A stretch of 7,745 nt of DNA from a virus (lineage: Duplodnaviria; Heunggongvirae; Uroviricota; Caudoviricetes): positions 1 through 7,745 of IMG/VR virus record IMGVR_UViG_2671180921_000004. One strand, 5' to 3'. Positions 1-4,543 of this stretch are shown here, piece after piece (the first letter of the stretch is position 1; the number at the start of each line of letters is the position of its first letter). The notes under the pieces were generated by a model. It was not told the DNA's origin and made no database searches. It saw only the letters and a program-made list of their open reading frames with translations. The position numbers and the translations under genes were made by a program.

Positions 1-16
1 GATAGCCATAAGTGTT

Positions 17-157
17 TTATCCATTTTGGGGAACTCCTGGCTGATTAAGTACGTCGATGAGTCGTTTCCATCCGTCACGTAATTTACGTGTGATTCGCTC
101 AAGTAAAGATTCGGAAGGGCAGCCAGCAACAGGCCACCCTGCAATGGCATATTGCAT
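17..157 (-). CDS. cIII: cIII-like regulatory protein (FtsH/HflB inhibitor that stabilises cII), 46 aa
   Basis: Not in the ORF track (under 60 aa). Minus-strand translation from the ATG at 157 gives MQYAIAGWPVAGCPSESLLERITRKLRDGWKRLIDVLNQPGVPQNG*, matching lambda cIII as I recall it almost residue for residue over the N-terminal 43 aa. A TAAGGAG Shine-Dalgarno lies about 6 nt upstream. Stop TAA is at 17-19 (plus-strand tta). Confidence 0.8.
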   Translation of the reverse strand: MQYAIAGWPVAGCPSESLLERITRKLRDGWKRLIDVLNQPGVPQNG

Positions 158-262
158 GGTGTGCTCCTTATTTACGCTTTAAATTGCTCCGTGTATTCAC
201 TCGTTGGAATGAATACACAGTGCAGTGTTTATTCTGTTGTTTATGCCAAAAATAAAGGCAGA

Positions 263-886
263 CTATGCGGCCTCGGAAGGAAGTCCAATCATCTTATTCA
301 AATCTTCTACCCGTAAAGCAGGAAGTGCTGTACTTGCTTTATCTGCTTCTTTTGGTAGCAATTCTTTGCTTTCAGGCCAAACTTCAATAAGTCGCTTAAC
401 TGTTGTGACTGAGTTCAAAGCAGCCCATACATTTGATTCGATATCCTTTTTCTTGTCTTCAAGTTTTTGTTGCAATGCGCAGATTTCATCAAACCTTTTT
501 GTTATTTCGTGTTCTGCGTCAAACATGCATTTATCTTTGGTCGGAGTAGGGAGCAATATATCTTCGCCGTTGCCGTCTTTCCCATATGAATGCCATCCAA
601 CCCTTCTGCCAGATACAGTCAGATAAATCGAAGTAGAACGAACATCGCATGAGTAAAATGAACATCCCATCTTTTCAAGTTCTTCACTTATAGCTACTAA
701 CCTGGATGATAACTGATCCACTTCATCAGTTTTCTTTTTACCGCCAAACGCAATAACTCTGGCGTCAAGTGCAAGCTGGTTCTTTAACTTTGTTACTTCT
801 TCAAGTTCAGTGAAAACCCCAGACTTAATTAAAGCGTTACGAGCGATTTCCTCTTTCATTCTCGTAGTTAAGCGGATTGATGACAT
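263..886 (-). CDS. hypothetical early-left (PL operon) accessory protein, 208 aa
   Basis: Long minus-strand ORF (track 263..946). The start was chosen at the internal ATG at 886 (MSSIRLTTRMKEE...), which is preceded by GAGAGGA; the longer track ORF would run to within 2 nt of the N stop. Same orientation as cIII and N. No family recognised from the sequence alone. Confidence 0.6.
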   Translation of the reverse strand: MSSIRLTTRMKEEIARNALIKSGVFTELEEVTKLKNQLALDARVIAFGGKKKTDEVDQLSSRLVAISEELEKMGCSFYSCDVRSTSIYLTVSGRRVGWHSYGKDGNGEDILLPTPTKDKCMFDAEHEITKRFDEICALQQKLEDKKKDIESNVWAALNSVTTVKRLIEVWPESKELLPKEADKASTALPALRVEDLNKMIGLPSEAA

Positions 887-947
887 ATTAATTCCTCTCA
901 AATAAGTGGTTTGCTGCCTAATTTCATTTTCTGGCGACCAACACAAG

Positions 948-1220
948 TCATCTTGCTGTCAGTTGTTTGGATTTCCGGTAGCCTGCCGCGTAAAGAGCTA
1001 CGTTCGGAAGACAAGTTGAGCCTTCATATTTTCTGGTCAACGTTGTCAGTGTTATTACTTCTGCTCTCATTGCTGGTTTGCGCTTGCATTGCAAGACCAC
1101 TCGAGAGGGGGTTGGTCTGTGTAGCTTGTCGGAGCTAATCGCCTCCTGACTTTGCAGGTTTGCGCGACGAGCTCTACGACGAGAAGCTGAGGTGCCTTTA
1201 AATTCTGTTTTTCTGGACAT
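948..1220 (-). CDS. N: N-like transcription antitermination protein, 90 aa
   Basis: Start taken at the ATG at 1220 (MSRKTEFKGTSASRRRARRANLQSQ...), preceded by GGGAGGA. The N-terminal arginine-rich motif SRRRARRA resembles the lambda N ARM (QTRRRERRAEKQ). The C-terminus LPNVALYAAGYRKSKQLTAR resembles the P22 gene 24 (N-like) C-terminus as recalled. It lies immediately downstream of the nutL and PL elements. Confidence 0.75.
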   Translation of the reverse strand: MSRKTEFKGTSASRRRARRANLQSQEAISSDKLHRPTPSRVVLQCKRKPAMRAEVITLTTLTRKYEGSTCLPNVALYAAGYRKSKQLTAR

Positions 1221-1318
1221 AGATTCCTCCCGAATAAACTTTGGTGATGCAATCTCGAAGCTCCTCCTGAGACGGTTGCTTCGGCATTGCATCCCACAGC
1301 TCATGTGGTTGGGTGATC

Positions 1319-1365
1319 TGGCTTTTCAGCCACGTAGTCGAGAGTTCGACGTTGTTTAAAGAGCC
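1319..1365 (-). promoter_or_regulatory. nutL: nutL site: boxA-like GCTCTTTAAACAAC (1351-1364) and boxB hairpin UGGCU-GAAA-AGCCA (1319-1332) on the leftward transcript
   Basis: Read on the minus strand, GGCTCTTTAAACAACG is followed 18 nt later by TGGCTGAAAAGCCA (5-bp stem, GAAA loop). Both elements have near-identical counterparts at nutR (4084-4129). Position between PL and N matches lambdoid layout. Confidence 0.6.
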
Positions 1366-1410
1366 TGCCAGTCTGTTCCGTTTGGCTTCCAGCGTCCTGC
1401 TGACGGTTAA

Positions 1411-1439
1411 ATAGTACGATATGTACTTTATTGGGTCAA
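1411..1439 (-). promoter_or_regulatory. PL promoter with embedded operator (OL1-like): -35 TTGACC (1434-1439), 17-bp spacer, -10 TACTAT (1411-1416)
   Basis: Minus-strand read is TTGACC-caataaagtacatatcg-TACTAT. The spacer and -10 region carries AAAGTACATATCGTACT, which is 15/17 identical to a motif in the PR spacer (3813-3829). Confidence 0.55.
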
Positions 1440-1625
1440 TACGATTTGTTCTAAAATAGGGTGGTTTTTTATAACACTTTGTATTTAATAGTGTTGTTTT
1501 TTAGCGTGGGTGTATCGCCTCGGCGATGTAAGGAGAGATCAGAATTGCGTGGTTTAGTGAGTTGTATCTATTTATTTTTCAATAAATACATTTGGTTATG
1601 TGTTTTTAGGTGGCGAACGTGAGGC

Positions 1626-1651
1626 AAAGAAAACCCGGCGCTGAGGCCGGG
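1626..1651 (-). terminator. rho-independent terminator closing the leftward cI/TAC transcription unit
   Basis: On the minus strand the hairpin CCCGGC-ctcagc-GCCGGG (plus 1634-1651) is followed by TTTTCTTT (plus 1626-1633). It sits 10 nt downstream of the stop of the SecB-like gene. Confidence 0.6.
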
Positions 1652-1660
1652 TGGGGAATT

Positions 1661-2065
1661 TCACTTATTACTGTTCGTTTCCATGGGATTGGCCAAGAAA
1701 TCAAAATAAGGCAGAGTGAACCTACCAAGATTTGACATGAGGATAATTTGCTCGGCATATGTTTTTATATAGGGATATGCCATATTGGGAGCAATGGACC
1801 TTACCTCATATGATTTTGCCATTTCATGAGAAAAATCATCTTCTGACCGGAAGTCAAAGTCGTATGTGATGTCCATCTCAAGCCTGCCTTCAATAGTTAC
1901 GGAGGCAAAATATCTCACTCTAAATAGCTTTGAATCCTTCACATTAGTGTAAAGTTCATTATTTAGATTAACGGTTGTTTTTATGGCTTTTTTTGCTGTT
2001 GAATCGCCTTCTAGCCGTGTCATAACCAAGCGTTCAACTTTTTTGCTAATGAGTTCAATTTTCAT
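1661..2065 (-). CDS. SecB-like chaperone, third gene of a toxin-antitoxin-chaperone (TAC) cassette, 134 aa
   Basis: ORF track 1661..2065. Its start ATG overlaps the upstream gene's stop by 4 bp (ATGA), indicating translational coupling. The C-terminal region ...SIAPNMAYPYIKTYAEQIILMSNLGRFTLPYFDF... resembles the E. coli SecB segment ...[38 protein letters not shown]... as recalled. Size is similar to SecB. Product call is from memory-based similarity only. Confidence 0.6.
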   Translation of the reverse strand: MKIELISKKVERLVMTRLEGDSTAKKAIKTTVNLNNELYTNVKDSKLFRVRYFASVTIEGRLEMDITYDFDFRSEDDFSHEMAKSYEVRSIAPNMAYPYIKTYAEQIILMSNLGRFTLPYFDFLANPMETNSNK

Positions 2066-2718
2066 GGTAATAATAAGTAATTTCCGTCAGAAGTCATTTC
2101 GTCATTCAGGTTGCTAGCCGCTGTGAAACTTGATGACAAGTTACTTATCAAAGAAAAAACATTCCGTTTTTCTTTGCATTTGCCGTTACCCCTTACTGCG
2201 CTGAACAACATTTTTGAAAAGTAAGATTCTGTAGCCTTTTCAGCGAAATAAGCAGAAGGTGATGTGACGGCTGACTCACACCGAGCAATGACGCTAGTCA
2301 TGGCTGTTTCTTCTTCCTCTGCGTCAACTAGGCTCCATTCAATTGCGCTCATATCTTGAATTAAGATATCTGCAGGAATTCCAAGTCCGTCATGTAGTCT
2401 ACGGATCATTGAAAGACTTAATGGACGCTTACGATTTAAGACCTCAGATACTTTAGATGCTGAGCCAATGTATTGTTTCATATCGGCATAAGAGAGGCCT
2501 TGTTGATCCATACGGAACTTGATTGCTTCTATGGGATCTGGCTTGTCCATAGGGAACTCGCGTGACTCATAGTGCTCGATAAGCAAGCCTAGTAGTTCAA
2601 ACTCATCAAAATCTTCAGTTCCAGGTTGTAAATCACTAGACGCAAGTTCAATGAGCCTTTCCATAGCTGCAGCATGCTCTTCACTATTTTTAATGATGCG
2701 CCAGCTAGTTCGATTCAT
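2062..2718 (-). CDS. higA: HigA-family HTH (XRE-type) antitoxin with a ~96-aa C-terminal extension, 218 aa
   Basis: ORF track 2062..2718. Residues about 66-121 (IKFRMDQQGLSYADMKQYIGSASKVSEVLNRKRPLSLSMIRRLHDGLGIPADILI) align with the HTH end of E. coli HigA (...IRTLMDQYGLTLSDLPEIGSKSMVSRVLSGKRKLTLEHAKKLATRFGISPALF) as recalled. GGAGG lies 5 nt upstream of the ATG. 4-bp ATGA overlaps with the HigB stop upstream and the SecB-like start downstream. Confidence 0.8.
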   Translation of the reverse strand: MNRTSWRIIKNSEEHAAAMERLIELASSDLQPGTEDFDEFELLGLLIEHYESREFPMDKPDPIEAIKFRMDQQGLSYADMKQYIGSASKVSEVLNRKRPLSLSMIRRLHDGLGIPADILIQDMSAIEWSLVDAEEEETAMTSVIARCESAVTSPSAYFAEKATESYFSKMLFSAVRGNGKCKEKRNVFSLISNLSSSFTAASNLNDEMTSDGNYLLLP

Positions 2719-3002
2719 TTAAGCCTCCACTTGTCGTACTCTGCATGAGTTCCAACTCTTTCAACTATGACCATTCCTGCCTGGTAAACAACTTGGACAA
2801 CGAGCCGATAGTTATTGCCTTTTATATTAAAAATTACCCTGTTGTTAGGAAGGAAGTCGGCAGAATTAAATCTATTCCGTATGTCTTGAGTCGTTTTCCA
2901 GTTTTCTCTTATCACTTCATCATACCAAGAGTCTAAAGCCCCCTTGGCCTGATTGTGCTTCCGGCTAAAACTGTGAAGCTTCTCTACGTTTAAGACCTTC
3001 AT
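2715..3002 (-). CDS. higB: HigB-family toxin (RelE/ParE superfamily mRNA interferase), 95 aa
   Basis: ORF track 2715..3002. The segment NRVIFNIKGNNYRLVVQVVYQAGMVIVERVGTHAEYDKW aligns with E. coli HigB HYVFNVGGNELRVVAMVFFESQKCYIREVMTHKEYD as recalled. Toxin-first gene order is typical of higBA. Confidence 0.85.
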   Translation of the reverse strand: MKVLNVEKLHSFSRKHNQAKGALDSWYDEVIRENWKTTQDIRNRFNSADFLPNNRVIFNIKGNNYRLVVQVVYQAGMVIVERVGTHAEYDKWRLK

Positions 3003-3024
3003 AATCCGATTTTGTTCCCTCTTT

Positions 3025-3057
3025 GGGAATTATAGATTCATTTCCCATAAAGGGAAT
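3025..3057 (-). promoter_or_regulatory. putative promoter and operator of the higB-higA-secB-like operon: -10 TATAAT (minus strand, plus 3029-3034) flanked by GGGAAT / TTCCC-ataaa-GGGAA inverted repeats
   Basis: A perfect TATAAT hexamer on the minus strand lies 26 nt upstream of the higB ATG. GGGAAT occurs at 3025-3030 and 3052-3057, with TTCCC at 3042-3046 forming the dyad TTCCC-ATAAA-GGGAA. No good -35 is visible. Antitoxin autoregulation sites are typically palindromes over the promoter, which is the basis for the operator call. Confidence 0.35.
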
Positions 3058-3087
3058 CTGTATTTTTATCCAGAAATGCTATGTACA

Positions 3088-3747
3088 TCACCCAAACGTC
3101 TCTTCAGGCCACTGGCTAGCGATAACTTTCCCCACAACGGAACAACTCTCATTGCATGGGATCATTGGGTACTGTGGGTTTAGTGGTTGTAAAAACACCT
3201 GACCGCTATCCCTGATCAGTTTCTTGAAGGTAAATTCATCACCACCAAGTCTGGCTATGCAGAAATCGCCGGGCTCAACAGCTTGCTCTGGGTCAACCAG
3301 AATTAACATCCCGTCAGGAAAACTAGGTTTGGAACCTGTTGGGGCGGTCATTGAGTTACCTTCAACCTCAAGCCAGAATGCAGAGTCACTGGCTTTTTTG
3401 GTTGTGCTTACCAATCTCTCCGCATCGCCTTTGGTAAAGGTTCTGAGTTCTGGAGAGAACATCCCAGCCTGAACATGAGAAAAAACAGGGTACTCATATT
3501 GTTTTTTAACTGGGGCCGATGAGTATTCGCCAACAGGTGAAAATGTCCCGTCGTGGTTGAATGATATGTTATCAATACCAAGGTATTTAAACACCACACC
3601 AATATCACTAAGAGATGGATGACGAGATCCGCGCAACCAGTGTCCAATCCCACCCTGCGTCATACCTAGCTCTTCGGCTAACTTCTCTTGAGTTATGCCG
3701 AGCTCTTTCATTCTGGATCTAGCCAGTTCATACCATTTCATTTTCAT
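3088..3747 (-). CDS. cI: cI-type prophage repressor: heterologous N-terminal HTH domain fused to a lambda-cI-like C-terminal LexA/S24 autocleavage and dimerisation domain, 220 aa
   Basis: The C-terminal ~135 aa ([28 protein letters not shown]...[18 protein letters not shown]) are near-identical to lambda cI as recalled, including the Ala-Gly cleavage region and the catalytic Ser/Lys context. The N-terminal ~85 aa ([45 protein letters not shown]...) are not lambda-like. Start taken at the ATG at 3747 (alternative ATG at 3741); the track ORF extension to 3909 would cross the operator region into cro and is rejected. Confidence 0.9.
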   Translation of the reverse strand: MKMKWYELARSRMKELGITQEKLAEELGMTQGGIGHWLRGSRHPSLSDIGVVFKYLGIDNISFNHDGTFSPVGEYSSAPVKKQYEYPVFSHVQAGMFSPELRTFTKGDAERLVSTTKKASDSAFWLEVEGNSMTAPTGSKPSFPDGMLILVDPEQAVEPGDFCIARLGGDEFTFKKLIRDSGQVFLQPLNPQYPMIPCNESCSVVGKVIASQWPEETFG

Positions 3748-3857
3748 GTCCTTATTATTACGCTCTGTATTGCAACCATCCATGCACAATGTGTATTTTT
3801 GCTTGCATTCAAAAAGTACATATTGTATTTTTTCTTCATGGTTACTATGGAGGGCAT
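3748..3857. promoter_or_regulatory. OR region with divergent PRM/PR; PR -35 TTGCAT (3803-3808) and -10 TATTTT (3826-3831); operator-like repeats with TGTATT cores at about 3760-3775, 3784-3799 and 3813-3829
   Basis: 110-bp gap between divergent cI and cro. The motif AAAGTACATATTGTATT (3813-3829) sits in the PR spacer and -10 and matches the PL spacer motif at 15/17 positions. Two further related repeats (CACAATGTGTATTTTT, CTCTGTATTGCAA) recur at about 26-32 bp spacing. Confidence 0.55.
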
Positions 3858-4073
3858 ATGAGCAACCTACGAAAATATCGAGAGTCACTGAATATCTCTC
3901 AAACAACACTTGCTAAGGCAGTTGGATGCACACAGGGAGCTATCGGACATTGGGAATCTGGTCGTCGCTTCCCAGACCTTAAAACATGCCGTGCTCTTGT
4001 TGCGTGTCTAAACAAGTTAGGCGCAAAAGTAAGTCTTGATGACGTGTTCCCGCCGGAGCACAAATCCGCTTAA
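3858..4073 (+). CDS. cro: Cro-like HTH (XRE-family) regulator, 71 aa
   Basis: Start at ATG 3858 with GGAGGG 4 nt upstream. The HTH region [24 protein letters not shown] parallels the cI N-terminal HTH ([24 protein letters not shown]), as expected for two proteins sharing operators. Divergent from cI. The longer track ORF from 3789 lacks an RBS and overlaps the operators. Confidence 0.8.
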   Translation: MSNLRKYRESLNISQTTLAKAVGCTQGAIGHWESGRRFPDLKTCRALVACLNKLGAKVSLDDVFPPEHKSA

Positions 4074-4083
4074 TAAGCGGAGC

Positions 4084-4129
4084 CGCTCTTTGTAACAACG
4101 GACATTCGTCCTACGTCGCTGAAAAGCGA
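4084..4129 (+). promoter_or_regulatory. nutR: nutR site: boxA CGCTCTTTGTAACAAC (4084-4099) and boxB hairpin UCGCU-GAAA-AGCGA (4116-4129)
   Basis: Immediately downstream of cro. Near-identical in architecture and sequence to the nutL elements on the opposite strand (boxA GCTCTTT..AACAAC; boxB N-GCU-GAAA-AGC-N). Confidence 0.6.
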
Positions 4130-4214
4130 GCCCCAAGATATCTGACCAACTAAGGCCATATGCGTTTCCACGCATACCTTTCAACTAACTATTCACTATT
4201 GGAAATCTTAAGAA

Positions 4215-4511
4215 ATGGAACAAACAAGTTACAGCAAACTATCACAGCGTGACGTTGATCGCGCAGAAACAGATTTACTCATCAACCTGTCAACGCTTAC
4301 CCAGCGTGGTCTGGCAAAGATGATTGGCTGTCATGAATCGAAGATAAGCAGAACGGACTGGCGGTTTATTGCTTCGGTCTTGTGTGCTTTCGGAATGGCA
4401 TCAGACATCAGTCCAATTAGCAGGGCTTTTAAGTATGCGCTTGATGGAATCACAAAGAAAAAACGCCCGGCGGCAACCGAGCGTTCTGAACAAATCCAGA
4501 TGGAGTTCTGA
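4215..4511 (+). CDS. cII: cII-like transcriptional activator, 98 aa, with a lambda-identical C-terminal tail and a divergent N-terminal region
   Basis: The C-terminal 18-19 aa (KKKRPAATERSEQIQMEF) match the lambda cII C-terminus as recalled. The N-terminal ~80 aa differ from lambda. Position between cro/nutR and O is canonical. Confidence 0.8.
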   Translation: MEQTSYSKLSQRDVDRAETDLLINLSTLTQRGLAKMIGCHESKISRTDWRFIASVLCAFGMASDISPISRAFKYALDGITKKKRPAATERSEQIQMEF

Positions 4512-4533
4512 GGTCATTACTGGATCTATCAAC
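4457..4533 (-). ncRNA. oop: oop antisense RNA (about 77 nt), antisense to the 3' end of cII, with its rho-independent terminator
   Basis: The minus-strand sequence GTTGATAGATCCAGTAATGACCTCAGAACTCCATCTGGATTTGTTCAGAACGCTCGGTTGCCGCCGGGCGTTTTTT matches the lambda oop RNA as recalled. GC-rich hairpin (plus 4464-4483) followed by a U-tract. Confidence 0.6.
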
Positions 4534-4543
4534 AGGAGTCATT

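Noticed and set aside
225-626. 133-aa plus-strand ORF
   Set aside because: Lies wholly antisense to the longer, RBS-supported minus-strand gene 263..886, with a low-complexity Ser/Leu-rich translation; most likely a shadow ORF.
911-1138. 75-aa plus-strand ORF
   Set aside because: Antisense to the N-like gene, no convincing RBS, Leu-rich translation typical of antisense frames.
1067-1297. 76-aa minus-strand ORF
   Set aside because: Alternative frame overlapping the N-like gene; the N frame has the arginine-rich motif and the RBS.
1221-1304. N-terminal extension of the N ORF (track start at 1304)
   Set aside because: The ATG at 1220 has a GGGAGGA RBS and begins directly at the arginine-rich motif; the extension would run into the nutL region.
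2745-2936. 63-aa plus-strand ORF
   Set aside because: Antisense to and contained within the HigB toxin gene.
1661-3002. Possibility that lambda rexA/rexB homologues occupy the cI-PL interval
   Set aside because: The three proteins here have HigB, HigA-HTH and SecB-like signatures, and their sizes (95, 218, 134 aa) do not fit rexA/rexB.
3224-3653. ORFs 3224..3472 (+) and 3408..3653 (-)
   Set aside because: Embedded in or antisense to the cI gene, whose frame is strongly supported by homology.
3695-3916. 73-aa plus ORF, plus the upstream extensions of cI (to 3909) and cro (from 3789)
   Set aside because: These cross the OR operator/promoter region and overlap the divergent gene; the internal starts with RBSs (cI 3747, cro 3858) are far more plausible.
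4065-4111. Hairpins at the cro stop (CCGCTTA-a-TAAGCGG, 4065-4079) and GGAC-attc-GTCC (4100-4111), considered as terminators
   Set aside because: Neither is followed by a U-tract. They sit within the nutR leader, and lambda tR1 is rho-dependent, so they are not called as intrinsic terminators.
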